64,000 bases of DNA from Planctomycetota bacterium (GCA_965248445.1 CBDFJG010000002.1:512001-576000); one strand, 5' to 3'; numbered from the stretch's first letter, positions 31,975 through 42,123 are shown. The notes: a model not told the origin generated them from the letters alone. Numbers and translations: made by a program.

Positions 31975-32545
31975 GGGCGTCCTCCTCGAGCGCTTTGCGC
32001 AGGCGCTGCATCGTGGCGTGCATGCGCGACTTCACGGTGCCGACCGGAATGTCCAGGATCTCGGAGATGTCGGCGTACCGCAGGCCCCGGGTCTCGGCGA
32101 GCGTGAACACAGCGCGCTGCTCGTCGGTGAGTGTCTCGATCGCCGCCTGGATGCGCCCCGCCAGCTCCTGGTCCGCCGCGGTCTGGTCAGGCCGCCTTGC
32201 CCGTCCCGCGAGAATCGTGGCGAGATCGCCGCCCTCACCGGACGTGGGGGCGTCCAGGGAGGCCACTCCCGGCGCGGCGCGGCGCGAGCGGTAGCGGTCG
32301 ATCCAGTAGTTCTCGGCGATGCGGTACATGTAAGTGGTGAACTTGGCGCGTGGTTCCCAGCGCCCCCTGTGCTTCACGATCCGAAGGAAGACCTCTTGGA
32401 CATAGTCCCGGGCCAGCTCCCGGTCGAAGCAGCGTCTGTAGAAGAAGTTGAGGAGCCCACGTTGGTGCCTCTCGACCAGCTGGCGAAACGCTTCGTCGTC
32501 GCCGGCCCCAAAGAGCTCCATGAGCTCGGCGTCGTCACGAGGCAT
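31958..32545 (-). CDS. ECF RNA polymerase sigma factor
   Basis: GDDEAFRQLV.RH, DYVQEVFLR, FTTYMYRIA, EILDIPVGTVKSR motifs. Confidence 0.95.
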   Translation of the reverse strand: MPRDDAELMELFGAGDDEAFRQLVERHQRGLLNFFYRRCFDRELARDYVQEVFLRIVKHRGRWEPRAKFTTYMYRIAENYWIDRYRSRRAAPGVASLDAPTSGEGGDLATILAGRARRPDQTAADQELAGRIQAAIETLTDEQRAVFTLAETRGLRYADISEILDIPVGTVKSRMHATMQRLRKALEEDAREHLS

Positions 32546-32562
32546 CCGCCACCATCCCCTCC

Positions 32563-32587
32563 AACGAGGGACACGCCCTTCGGTTCG
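32563..32587 (-). promoter_or_regulatory. Possible autoregulatory ECF promoter (AAC-N16-CGTT)
   Basis: Minus strand GAACCgaagggcgtgtccctCGTT just upstream of the sigma ATG. Confidence 0.45.
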
Positions 32588-32659
32588 CCTCGAATCCGCT
32601 CATCTGGAGTCGGTGTAGCAAAGGTGCGGCCCCGGGGGCAGTCCAGGCTCCGCGAGTCT

Positions 32660-32775
32660 GGATCTGGGGGGGGGGGATCTGGCGGCTCGATCTGGCGGCT
32701 CGGATCGGCGGGCGGCGGGGCCAGTCAGTTAGGGGCGAGTCAGCGGGGCCAAGTCAGCGGGGCGAGTCGGCGGGC
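32660..32775. repeat. Poly-G11 tract plus short direct repeats
   Basis: G11 at 32666-32676; GATCTGGCGGCTC twice; three to four imperfect GGGGC(C/G)AGTCAG units. Confidence 0.75.
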
Positions 32776-35700
32776 GGCGCCCACAGCACGATCTTTGCGA
32801 CCTCGCCGGGTGTGACCAGCACCCTGACTGTGAAGTCCGTCCCCGCCACCCGCACGCGGTAGGTGCCGGGGGAGAGGTCCGGGACCTGCACCACCCCGTC
32901 CACCCCTGTGCGGCGGGTCGAGTCGTTCGGCTCGAGCCCGGCGGTCGACGACGGATCCCCGCGGGGGTCGCGGCCGCCGAGATCCTCGACCGACACGTCG
33001 TGGCCCTCCGCCGGGAAGAAGCCGTTGTAGAGAACGAGCACCCGCAGCGCGCCGGCGAGCTCGAGCGAAATGTCGCCGACGTCGTAGACCTCGCCGGCGC
33101 CGAGGATGAAGCCTCCGACCAGCGCACGGCCGCGCCCCCACGCCCCGGCTTCCACCTGCAAATCGCCCCGGCCGAGTCCACCGAGACGTACTCGGCCATC
33201 GACGCCGGCCCGCGCACGGAGCCGCACACGGACGCCGTTGACATCCGTTGGCACTGCGCTGATCCAACCGTGCGGAACCGGGCGCCCGCGGTGGTCCACC
33301 AGTCGTGCGACGAGCGCGGCCTCCCGGGGCAGCGCAATCTCGACGGTCGGATCCGGACCGTCACCGCCGACACGAACGGGACCGGCAAGGCCCTCGCTGC
33401 GACCGGGTGCGCGCGCCTCCAGCGAGTAGTCACCCGGAGCAAGCCCGCGCGCCGTGAACTCTCCCGAGGATCCGCTGACGACCGACGCCACGGTGTGCAC
33501 CCGCAGGCCGTCCTCGTCGGTCTCCCACACGTACACGCTCGCACCCGGTACGGCGCGCCCGTCCTCCGTGTCCCGCACGACGCCGGAGAGCGACGCTGTC
33601 GGCAGCTCTATCTCGCGCAGGTACTCGGGCGCGTCGGGTAAGTCGAGCTTGATGAGGTGCGTGATCCCTGCCAGCGGTGCAACCTCCAGTTCCATGGGAC
33701 CCGGCGGGAGCGGCGGCAGCGCGAATCCACCGGATGCGTCGGTACGTGTCGTTACCTCGACGCGCTCCGGCACGCCACCACGAGCGCGCATGTGTGCGAA
33801 CGCCTCCGGACGACCGTCGCGCAGGAGGCGGCCGATAAAACGCGTCCCTGCATCCAGGTCGATGTTGACCTCGCGCTCGCGGCCCCACCTCGGCACCTCC
33901 AACCGCACACGGCGATCGCCGACGGTGACGACCACCGCACCCGGCGGAACTCCGGGCATCTCGAAACGGCCGAACGAGTCCGTCTGAGCCGCAAACGTGA
34001 ATCCGTTGTCGTGGTCGAGCACGACCTCGACGGCGGTCGCCGCGACGCCGTGAGCACTCGTGACGTTTCCGCGCACGAGCACGCCCGGCGACAGCGTGAC
34101 GACTCCGAGGTCGACCAGCGCGCCGACGTGCACCGAAAACGGCGTCGACACGTGCGGCGCGTAGCCGTCCGCCTCGACGACGATGCGGGCGACGCCCGGC
34201 GGCACGCCGAGGACCGCGAATCGCCCGCGGGCGTCGGCCTCACTTGTCCGCGCCAGCCACGCGGCGTCGCCGGCGGGCTCGACGCTGATTCGCGCGCCTT
34301 CGACCGCGCCGCCGTCGGCGCCCACGACCTCGCCGCGCACGATCTCACCGCGCGACAGCCGCACCGTTCCGATGTCCTGGACGGCGCCGTCGTCCGTCGC
34401 AACGACCACGGCCTCGACGGCTCCGTGCAGGGCGTCGGAGCGGAGCTCCAATCGGCTCCGGCCGGGCGGCAACCGCACGGAGAACTGCCCCGCCGGATCG
34501 GACAGCGACTTGCTCACGATGTGGGCTGGGGATTCCGTGCCGCCTTCGCGGAGGTCAATCTCCGGGACGGCGAGGGCGGTCAGGTCGAGCCGCGTGACCG
34601 CGGTGCCCTCGGGGCTCACGACGCGCATGTTCACGGACGTCTCTACCGCGAGCTTCAGTTCCAGCGGCCATCCGCTCGGCAGCACTGTGTCGGCCGTCAC
34701 AACCGAATCGCTCCCGGGCGCGTGCGCCGACACAGTGGCCGTGCCCGGCGCCAGCCCCGCGAAAACTGTGGTGTCGTCTGCGCCGACTTCGTCCATCCGA
34801 CTCGCGCCGTCCGCATCGGTGACGCTGACCATCGTGCCGAGCGGCGCATCGGGGACAACTACCGTGAGTTCGTAACCGAGTCGCAGAGAGAGGTCGCCCG
34901 TCGGAGCGGGATCATCGGCCGTCGCGATGAACGGACCGAAGCGCCCCTCGCGCAGGTTCGTTGCCATCGGCGGCGTCGCCACGAGCATCACGGGTTCGCT
35001 CGGCACGCCGTCGAGCCGGAACTCGCCGTTCTCGTCCGTGACCGCCGTGGCAAGTGGCGGGCGTCCCGCGCCCTCGCCCTCACGCCGCACCGCGATCTCG
35101 ACATCGCCAACACCAAGGGCGCCGCCCGTCACGATGCGTCCGGCGAGACGTCCGCCCTCATCCAGCTCGAACGACAGCGGACCGCCGTCGGCGCCCGGCG
35201 CCAGCGAGATTCCGGTACGTACCAGAGGCGCGAAGCCCGGGAAGCGGGCCTCCACCCGCACGCCGTCGGCGGGCTGTAACCCCGCGATCCGGAATCCGCC
35301 TTCGCCGTCGGCCGTCACGACCACCGACTCCGGCCGGCCGTCCGCGCGGGGCGGCCACTCTATGAGGATCTCCGCGCCACCGAGCGACTCCCCGCCAATG
35401 CCGGAGACGACCCCCGTCAGCCGAGCGGCGCGAACCAGCGTGACGACCACGTCCGAACGCGTCTCGCCTTCTGACAGCACGAACTTCGGCGCTTCCCGCA
35501 GGACGAACTCCGAGCCCGCGACGCTGAGCACGTGCGCGCCTTCGTCGACGCCGCGAAACGTGAACCTCCCGTCGTCGTCCGTCTTCGTGACCGACGGTCC
35601 GAGAGTCAGCGTGACACCGACGGCCGGGGTTCCACCGGGCACCGCGCGGGCGAGACCGCTGAGCGCCCCGCCGCGGCGCAGCACGAGTTCGGGAACGACG

Positions 35701-36323
35701 CCGTCGCCGATGCGCAGCGGAAGCCGTTCGCTCCCCACCCACCCGTCCGCGCGGGCCGACGCCTCCGCGACGACCCCGCCGGGAATGTGATCGAACAGGA
35801 CGCGACCCTTCTCGTCGGACACGGTGGTGAGCGTGAACCCGTGCCGGGACTTCCCGGCCGGCGGACGTCCGAGCACGTCCACCACGAAGACCAGGGAGGC
35901 GACGGCATCTGTTATCGCGTCGCCCGAAGGATCGGTCACGCGCAGTTCTGCGGAGGCGCTCGCTTCCACAGCGACCGTGGCGTTCACAACACCCCCGTCC
36001 ACCGGCGCCCGCACGTACTGCACGATCGGCGGCACATCCGGCCCGAAGACGAGAACCGTGCAGCCGCCGCGCACGCCGCTGAGGGCGGCGCGCCCTTCGC
36101 CATCGGTGCGCACCGCTTCCGCCACCACCTGTTCAGGTCCGTCACCCGGGCGCACCGCGGCGACGGACGCGCCCGAAACCGGCTCGCCGTCAGACAGGAG
36201 CGAGATGCCGCGGCGCACGTCGATGACCACGACGTGCGGCTCGTCGGCTGCGAAGGCCGACGTTGCCGAGAGCGCGAGAAGCGTCCACGCAAGCAGCCGG
36301 CGGGAACGAAGTGCTCGCTTCAC
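32754..36323 (-). CDS. Large secreted protein with many carboxypeptidase-regulatory-like (beta-sandwich) repeats
   Basis: GTG at 36323 (GTGA overlap with tsaE); signal peptide; recurring G.V...G.PV.GA.V and TD..GRF...G motifs. Confidence 0.85.
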   Translation of the reverse strand: MKRALRSRRLLAWTLLALSATSAFAADEPHVVVIDVRRGISLLSDGEPVSGASVAAVRPGDGPEQVVAEAVRTDGEGRAALSGVRGGCTVLVFGPDVPPIVQYVRAPVDGGVVNATVAVEASASAELRVTDPSGDAITDAVASLVFVVDVLGRPPAGKSRHGFTLTTVSDEKGRVLFDHIPGGVVAEASARADGWVGSERLPLRIGDGVVPELVLRRGGALSGLARAVPGGTPAVGVTLTLGPSVTKTDDDGRFTFRGVDEGAHVLSVAGSEFVLREAPKFVLSEGETRSDVVVTLVRAARLTGVVSGIGGESLGGAEILIEWPPRADGRPESVVVTADGEGGFRIAGLQPADGVRVEARFPGFAPLVRTGISLAPGADGGPLSFELDEGGRLAGRIVTGGALGVGDVEIAVRREGEGAGRPPLATAVTDENGEFRLDGVPSEPVMLVATPPMATNLREGRFGPFIATADDPAPTGDLSLRLGYELTVVVPDAPLGTMVSVTDADGASRMDEVGADDTTVFAGLAPGTATVSAHAPGSDSVVTADTVLPSGWPLELKLAVETSVNMRVVSPEGTAVTRLDLTALAVPEIDLREGGTESPAHIVSKSLSDPAGQFSVRLPPGRSRLELRSDALHGAVEAVVVATDDGAVQDIGTVRLSRGEIVRGEVVGADGGAVEGARISVEPAGDAAWLARTSEADARGRFAVLGVPPGVARIVVEADGYAPHVSTPFSVHVGALVDLGVVTLSPGVLVRGNVTSAHGVAATAVEVVLDHDNGFTFAAQTDSFGRFEMPGVPPGAVVVTVGDRRVRLEVPRWGREREVNIDLDAGTRFIGRLLRDGRPEAFAHMRARGGVPERVEVTTRTDASGGFALPPLPPGPMELEVAPLAGITHLIKLDLPDAPEYLREIELPTASLSGVVRDTEDGRAVPGASVYVWETDEDGLRVHTVASVVSGSSGEFTARGLAPGDYSLEARAPGRSEGLAGPVRVGGDGPDPTVEIALPREAALVARLVDHRGRPVPHGWISAVPTDVNGVRVRLRARAGVDGRVRLGGLGRGDLQVEAGAWGRGRALVGGFILGAGEVYDVGDISLELAGALRVLVLYNGFFPAEGHDVSVEDLGGRDPRGDPSSTAGLEPNDSTRRTGVDGVVQVPDLSPGTYRVRVAGTDFTVRVLVTPGEVAKIVLWAPPADSPR

Positions 36324-36817
36324 GACACGTCCAGTGCGGCCTCGCACCGGGCGAGCCAGGCAGACGACTGCGGGCCTCCGGCAGCGAGCCGCACGCGCCT
36401 CGTCGACTCCGACGCGTGATCGAGCGCGATGTCGATGCGATCGGCCGGGAGAGCGCCGCTCACGACCTCCGCCCACTCGATCACGACGACTGCGCGGCCC
36501 GCCAGATCCTCGTCGAGACCGAGTTCGGTGACGTCCTCCGGGCCATTCATCCGATACGCGTCGACATGCACCAGCGGTGGGCTGCCTTCGTACCGCACGA
36601 CGCGCAAGAACGTCGGACTGGTGACGTCACGAGCCGACGCGACACCGAGCCCTTCCGCCAGGCCCTTGACGAGCGTCGTCTTGCCGGCACCGAGGTGACC
36701 GGAGAGCGCGAGCACGCCGGCCGCCGCAGGCGGCAACGCTCCTGCGAGAGCGCGGCCGAGAGCGACCGTCGCGTCCGCTCCCTCGAGCGTGCGCTCAATC
36801 CTCGCGGAAGTGGTCAT
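36320..36817 (-). CDS. tsaE: tRNA t6A biosynthesis ATPase TsaE
   Basis: GHLGAGKTT, VTSPTF, HVDAYR, VIEW motifs. Confidence 0.95.
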   Translation of the reverse strand: MTTSARIERTLEGADATVALGRALAGALPPAAAGVLALSGHLGAGKTTLVKGLAEGLGVASARDVTSPTFLRVVRYEGSPPLVHVDAYRMNGPEDVTELGLDEDLAGRAVVVIEWAEVVSGALPADRIDIALDHASESTRRVRLAAGGPQSSAWLARCEAALDVS

Positions 36818-37760
36818 GCCCCCGCCGCTCCATCACGCGGACGCCGTCGTCCTCGTCCACGAGCAGGTACGAGCGGTCCTCGGTCACCGTCCCGATACGC
36901 GTCACCACCGTGCCCGAGAGACCGTCGAACGCCAGCGCGTCGGCGCGATCCGGTGTGCAGGTGAAGAGCAACTCGAAGTCCTCCCCGTCGTGCAACGCGT
37001 GATCGAGCGGCGAACGGCCGTCCTGCTCCGACGCGCGCCGTGCATCGTCGTGCACGGGGACGCGGTCGGCACGGACGCGCGCACCGACACCGGACGCGTC
37101 GAGCACGTGCCCGAGGTCGGTCGAGAGGCCGTCGGAGATGTCGATCATCGCATGCACCCCGCCCCCTTGGACGAGCGCCAGCGCCTCGACTTGCCGAGGT
37201 TCCGGGTGGAGATGACGGGAGAGCAGCGAACCGCCCAGGGCGCCGGTCACACAGATCGTGTCGCCGACCTGTGCACCGCTCCGCACGCACGCCGTATCCG
37301 GGGTCGCCCCGATCGCGGTCACGTCGATGACCACGGGGCCGGGCGAGGAGGACGTGTCCCCGCCGACCACCGCGACCCCGAACCGGTCCGCGCAGCCGAG
37401 CAATCCCTCGAGCAACTCGTCTGCGAACTCACCGAGTCGCGACGTCGGCAGCGCCACGGTGACCAGCGCCCACATGGTGCGGGCACCCATCGCCGCCACG
37501 TCGCTGATCGACACCGCAAGTGCCTTCCACCCGACATCGCGAGCCGACGCCCCGCCCGGCCCGAGCCGGAAGTGCTCCCCTTCCACGAGGACGTCGGACG
37601 TCGCGACGAGGATCTCGCCGGGCGGTGGGATCAGGACGGCGGCATCATCGCCAGGTCCGAGCACCACGCCGTTCGCCGGTGCGTCGCCCACGCGTTCGCG
37701 CAGACCGCGGATCCACTCAGTCTCCGTGCGCCTTCTCCCCGGACCACCGTCGCTGCTCAT
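36795..37760 (-). CDS. thiL: Thiamine-monophosphate kinase
   Basis: GPGDDAA, D.LVEGEHF, SDVAAMG, GGDT, IDISDGL, GEDFELLFT motifs. Confidence 0.95.
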   Translation of the reverse strand: MSSDGGPGRRRTETEWIRGLRERVGDAPANGVVLGPGDDAAVLIPPPGEILVATSDVLVEGEHFRLGPGGASARDVGWKALAVSISDVAAMGARTMWALVTVALPTSRLGEFADELLEGLLGCADRFGVAVVGGDTSSSPGPVVIDVTAIGATPDTACVRSGAQVGDTICVTGALGGSLLSRHLHPEPRQVEALALVQGGGVHAMIDISDGLSTDLGHVLDASGVGARVRADRVPVHDDARRASEQDGRSPLDHALHDGEDFELLFTCTPDRADALAFDGLSGTVVTRIGTVTEDRSYLLVDEDDGVRVMERRGHDHFRED

Positions 37761-39601
37761 CGGGAGCTGGGTGGCGGAAGGGGAGGCGCGGGTGGCTTCG
37801 CGCCCGTCTTGGCGGGCGGAGTCACCGACGACGTGTTCTTCGGAGGCAGCGGCGCACCACGGGAAGTCGGGGGTCGCGGTGTCGGAGGCTTCGGACGCAT
37901 GTTCCCCGCGACCGCCGGACGCGCAGCACCGGACGCCGCAGTCTTCGGAACGGGCTGTGTCTTCGGCGGCGCGGCGGACGCGAGGATCCGCTCCGCTGCG
38001 GTGCGCACCTCCGCGTTGTCATCCGTAGCCAGATCGCGCGCACGGGATTCTCCGCGCGCCGGCGACGCGAACGCGAGCATCGAGAGCGCCGCGCCGCGCA
38101 CCGCGGCATCCCCGTCCCGTGTACCGCGCTCGAGGTCGTTCTCCGCATCCTCGCCGAGGAGCAGCGCCAGCGCGGCGAGCGAGAGCCGCCGCACGTCCGG
38201 ATCGTCGTCGTCGATCATCTCGCGCAGCGCCGGGGCGGCAGACGGATCGCCTGCTTCGCCGAGCGCCACGGCGGCGCGGGCCCGCACGCGCGCGTCTTTC
38301 GACACGACATCGCTCGCGACGCCCGGTGCACTGGCAGCGACCTCCTCGGAGATGCCGACTGCCAAGAGGGCTTGCGACGCCGCGGGGTGGTCGGGAAAGT
38401 CTGCCGCGAACGCGCGGTAGAGGCGCGAGGACTGCTCCGCCTCGCCCGCCGCTTCGGTGACACGCGCGGCCAGGAGACGCGCCTCCGCTGGTCGCAACAG
38501 GGCATCCGCCGGCGTCGAAGCGCTCTGCAGGTGGCGCGCCGCTCCCTTCAGATCGTTACGCAGGAATGCGACGTGGGCGAGCACGATGCGTGCCTCCGCC
38601 GCGACGTATTCGTTCGCGTCGCCGTCCCGCAGCGCCGCCTTCAGCACCGGCGCCGCGAGGGCTGCGCCCTCCGGTGAATCCGACGCGAGCGCGTCGCGCG
38701 CTTCCGCGAGCGCGCCGAGCGGGCCACCGAGCGCCAGATCATCGAGCGCCTCGGCCCGTTCGGTCTCCGCCGCGGCCTCGAGGAACACGTCGCCCTGGAC
38801 GCCCACCGCATCGAGAGCCGCTGCCTCCCCGGCGCCGGACAGGCGTTCCTTGACGAAGCGCGCGAGCGGCCGGTCGCCGCGGGCGATGCGCTCGAGCGCC
38901 CGGACGCGCGTCGCGGCAACGAGCGGATCCTCGATGTCGTCGACCGGGAACAGCGAGTTGGCCGACACGCGGAGCGTCGGCCCACCGAGCGCGCGCTCGT
39001 GCAGCAAACGGTCGAAGGAACCGGACAGTTCCACGGCCAATCCGTTGGTCAACCAGGGTGGCGGAGTGCGGTCGCCGGCTGTCGACAGAACCGCTGCCTC
39101 GATCACCATGGGCGCGAAGTGCGCCGCAGGAAGGAACGTGCCGCTCAACAGACCCGTGACCGGCACGCGCAGCACCGGGCGGCGTACGCCGTCGATGAGG
39201 CGCACGGCGACGTCACCGCGCCGGGGCACGTCGTCGTCACCGAGCACGACCAGTGGTCCGCGCCCCTCTGTGAACGAGAGCCCAGCTTCGCTCGCCGCCA
39301 CGGCGGCGGCGTCATCGGCGACGCGCGTGAGTTCGCGGACGAGCGACTCGAGGCGCTCGTCATCGGATCGGTCACCGTCGTATGGACGCACCTCGACCGC
39401 ACCGCCGGTGGACGCGATGGAGACGACGGCCTTCTGCGGTGCCGAGGGCGCGTTCGACAGTTCCTTCTTCGCGCGCGAAGCGACGGGACCGTTCACCCCG
39501 TAGACCGCCTCACAGCCGCCGGTCGCGAGAGCGCCGGCAAGAAGGAGTAGCGCCGCGCTCGCGCGCGAGGCGGAACGTTCCGGGTTTCGAGTGCTCAGCA
39601 T
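37757..39601 (-). CDS. Lipoprotein with degenerate peptidase-like region, TPR/HEAT repeats and Pro/Lys-rich tail
   Basis: Hydrophobic leader ending LATGGC; PPPWLTNGLA; HEAT repeats (VRARAAVALG, DPDVRRL); P-rich C-terminus. Confidence 0.7.
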   Translation of the reverse strand: MLSTRNPERSASRASAALLLLAGALATGGCEAVYGVNGPVASRAKKELSNAPSAPQKAVVSIASTGGAVEVRPYDGDRSDDERLESLVRELTRVADDAAAVAASEAGLSFTEGRGPLVVLGDDDVPRRGDVAVRLIDGVRRPVLRVPVTGLLSGTFLPAAHFAPMVIEAAVLSTAGDRTPPPWLTNGLAVELSGSFDRLLHERALGGPTLRVSANSLFPVDDIEDPLVAATRVRALERIARGDRPLARFVKERLSGAGEAAALDAVGVQGDVFLEAAAETERAEALDDLALGGPLGALAEARDALASDSPEGAALAAPVLKAALRDGDANEYVAAEARIVLAHVAFLRNDLKGAARHLQSASTPADALLRPAEARLLAARVTEAAGEAEQSSRLYRAFAADFPDHPAASQALLAVGISEEVAASAPGVASDVVSKDARVRARAAVALGEAGDPSAAPALREMIDDDDPDVRRLSLAALALLLGEDAENDLERGTRDGDAAVRGAALSMLAFASPARGESRARDLATDDNAEVRTAAERILASAAPPKTQPVPKTAASGAARPAVAGNMRPKPPTPRPPTSRGAPLPPKNTSSVTPPAKTGAKPPAPPLPPPSSR

Positions 39602-39788
39602 GTTCCCACCTCGGCGGCGCGCGCCGGCGCCGGAGCTGTGTTCATCGGCCCCGATCTACGGGACCTTCGCCTCCCGCATTCGCGGGCCGCCCGATTCCCG
39701 GCTGTCGGCCTCCGGGTCGGATCGAGCCCCACACGGTACGCGAGAAGCACCATCCCCCTGTCACCAACTCGCCGTCACCAACTCGGCT

Positions 39789-40394
39789 TCAGGCCGAGCG
39801 CCAGGCCGCGAGCAGCCCCGCCGCAGCCGCCTCGGGATCGGGCGACGTGACCACCGCACGGATCACCGCGAGGCCTGCCGCACCGGTCCGGGAGAGCCCT
39901 GCCGCCGAGGCCGAGTCGAGCCCGCCGAGCGCCAGGACCGGCAGGTCACGGGCGAGGCTGATCGCACGCTCGAGGCCGGCGCGTCCGCGGGGCGCGAGGA
40001 CCCCCTGTTTGGACGGCGTCTCGAACACGGGCCCGAACGTGACGTAGTCCGCTCCGGCGGCGATTGCCGCCGCCAGCTCGACGTCATCGTGAACGCTCAC
40101 GCCCACGATCGCATGCGAGCCGAGAACGGAACGGGCCGCGCCGACGGGGGGCGAGAGGTGTCCGAGGTGCACGCCGTCGGCGACCAGGCGCAGCGCCGCC
40201 TCGAGATCGTGATTGACCACGAACGTCACGCCGGAAGACGCGCACAGGCGCCGTAGCGGCTGCCCGAACCTCACCAGCGCGTCGGTGGAGAGGTCCTTCT
40301 CGCGCAGCATCACGGCGTCGACCCCGCCAGCGATCGCACGGCGCACCACATCGGTCAGGTCATCTGCCAGCCGGCGGTCGGTGATGAGCATCAA
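39789..40394 (-). CDS. thiE: Thiamine phosphate synthase
   Basis: MLREK, DGVHLG, GVSVH, DYVTFGPVFETPSK, ALGG motifs. Confidence 0.9.
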   Translation of the reverse strand: MMLITDRRLADDLTDVVRRAIAGGVDAVMLREKDLSTDALVRFGQPLRRLCASSGVTFVVNHDLEAALRLVADGVHLGHLSPPVGAARSVLGSHAIVGVSVHDDVELAAAIAAGADYVTFGPVFETPSKQGVLAPRGRAGLERAISLARDLPVLALGGLDSASAAGLSRTGAAGLAVIRAVVTSPDPEAAAAGLLAAWRSA

Positions 40395-40426
40395 CTCGCC
40401 CGGCGCACGGCGTTCTGCCCGACCGC

Positions 40427-41152
40427 TCAGAGGATGTGCTCCAGGCCGTACGTGAGTCCGGTCAGCCCTTGTACATTGCGCACGGCGAGCAGCACGCCGG
40501 GCATGAACGACTCGCGGGTCAGCGTGTCGTGACGCAGCGTCAGTGTGTCGCCGTCACCGCCGAACAAGCACTCCATACGGGCGAGCAGCCCGGGCACGCG
40601 CAGACTGTGCACGCGCACGCCCTCGACGGTCCCGCCGCGCACGCCCGGCACCGACTCGTTGCCCGGGGCGGGAGGTGATGCACCGCGCGCCCTTGCGATG
40701 TCCGAGGCAATCTTGAGAGACGTGCCCGACGGCGCGTCGGGCTTCTTGTCGCTGTGCGCCTCGATCAGTTCGACATGCGGCAGATGTTCCGCCGCTTGGG
40801 CGGCAAAGCTTGCCATCAGCACCGAGGCGATCGCGAAGTTGGGCGCGATCAGCGCGCTCTTGTCGTGACGTGCGCACAGATCAGCCGCCGCGGCCACCTC
40901 GCCCGTTCCGAACCCGCTGGTGCCGACGACAGCGTGCGCACCGGCCGAGAGGATCGACTCGAGCACCGACAGCGCGCTCGACGCGACGGTGAAGTCGATC
41001 ACCACGTCTGCACCGGCGTCCCGGATCCGGGCGTCCAGGTCATCGCCCAGATCGGTCTCCGCCACGAGCGTCATGTCGTCCGCACCGCTCACGGCCGCGC
41101 AGGCGACGCGTCCCATGCGGCCCCGGGCTCCGTTGACTCCCACGCGAATCAC
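40427..41152 (-). CDS. dapB: 4-hydroxy-tetrahydrodipicolinate reductase
   Basis: GARGRMG, IDFT, GTSG, APNF, IEAH..KKPDAPSGT, RESFMPGV motifs. Confidence 0.95.
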   Translation of the reverse strand: MIRVGVNGARGRMGRVACAAVSGADDMTLVAETDLGDDLDARIRDAGADVVIDFTVASSALSVLESILSAGAHAVVGTSGFGTGEVAAAADLCARHDKSALIAPNFAIASVLMASFAAQAAEHLPHVELIEAHSDKKPDAPSGTSLKIASDIARARGASPPAPGNESVPGVRGGTVEGVRVHSLRVPGLLARMECLFGGDGDTLTLRHDTLTRESFMPGVLLAVRNVQGLTGLTYGLEHIL

Positions 41153-41589
41153 GACGACCTCCCCCGCAGAGTGATCACGAACGCCGCAACGGCACCCGCC
41201 TGTCCACGCGTCTCGATGGCACCCTGCCGTCGGCGACGCACTTCCGCGATCGCATCCGGCGGTGTGCGGCCGAGGCTCACGAGCCACGCGGCGCAAACCG
41301 TGCCCGTCCGGCCGAGGCCTGCGCCGCAGTGCACGGCGACCCGCCCGTTGCCGGCCAGCGCGGCGTCGATATAGTCGACGGCGGCGGCCAGTTGCTCTTG
41401 AGTCGGCGGCGAGAAGTCACGCACCGGCAGGTGCAGGGCCGACATCCCCACCTCTTCGAAATCGTCCGACATCCGCTCGGTCAATGCGATGACGTGCGTG
41501 ATGCCCCGCTCGCGCAGACGCGGGAGTTCCTCGGGCCACGGCTGGCTCATGGCGCCCACCTGATCGGTGACGATCCACGAGAAGCTCAT
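41149..41589 (-). CDS. Dual-specificity protein phosphatase
   Basis: P-loop VHCGAGLGRT; general acid DF..P; IET..Q. Confidence 0.92.
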   Translation of the reverse strand: MSFSWIVTDQVGAMSQPWPEELPRLRERGITHVIALTERMSDDFEEVGMSALHLPVRDFSPPTQEQLAAAVDYIDAALAGNGRVAVHCGAGLGRTGTVCAAWLVSLGRTPPDAIAEVRRRRQGAIETRGQAGAVAAFVITLRGRSS

Positions 41590-42050
41590 CCGTCGCCGTC
41601 CCCGGCAAGTTCACCACGGATGTACTCGGAGATCTGCCGCTGCGCCTCGTCATCGTCCCAGCCAACCCACCAGAACTCGAGACCCGTCTCGAACGGCGGC
41701 CCGGCGCTGCTGACGTACGCCGCGCGCGCCAACGCAACCACCGCACTCGGGAAGTTGGGAAGCGTCAGTTCGACGGCGAGGAACGTGCCCGGATCGAAGC
41801 GCTCGTCGCTCGCGTAGAGCAGTCCGCCGCCCGAGATGTTGACGGTCACGGCGTCGGTGCCCGGATCGTCGGGCACCAGGCCGTTCAGCCTGCGGACGCG
41901 GATGTTGCAGGCCTCGCGCAGGCGCGGGAAGCGGCGGCGCTCCGCACCCGCCGGAGGGTTCGGCGCGTTCGCCGACTCGGGTTCCGCGGATCCAGACTGC
42001 TCCGCGGATCCAGATTGTTCCGGGGATCCAGACTGCTCCGGTCCGCTCAT
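41586..42050 (-). CDS. PilZ domain protein
   Basis: RRRFPR and NISGGG c-di-GMP-binding motifs; N-terminal EQSGS(P/A) repeated three times. Confidence 0.88.
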   Translation of the reverse strand: MSGPEQSGSPEQSGSAEQSGSAEPESANAPNPPAGAERRRFPRLREACNIRVRRLNGLVPDDPGTDAVTVNISGGGLLYASDERFDPGTFLAVELTLPNFPSAVVALARAAYVSSAGPPFETGLEFWWVGWDDDEAQRQISEYIRGELAGDGDG

Positions 42051-42123
42051 GCGCGACCTCCTGTCCCCGCCAACGTACCCGCGTCACGTCCGGGACCGGC
42101 AGCCATACGGGCAGCGAGCTGTG

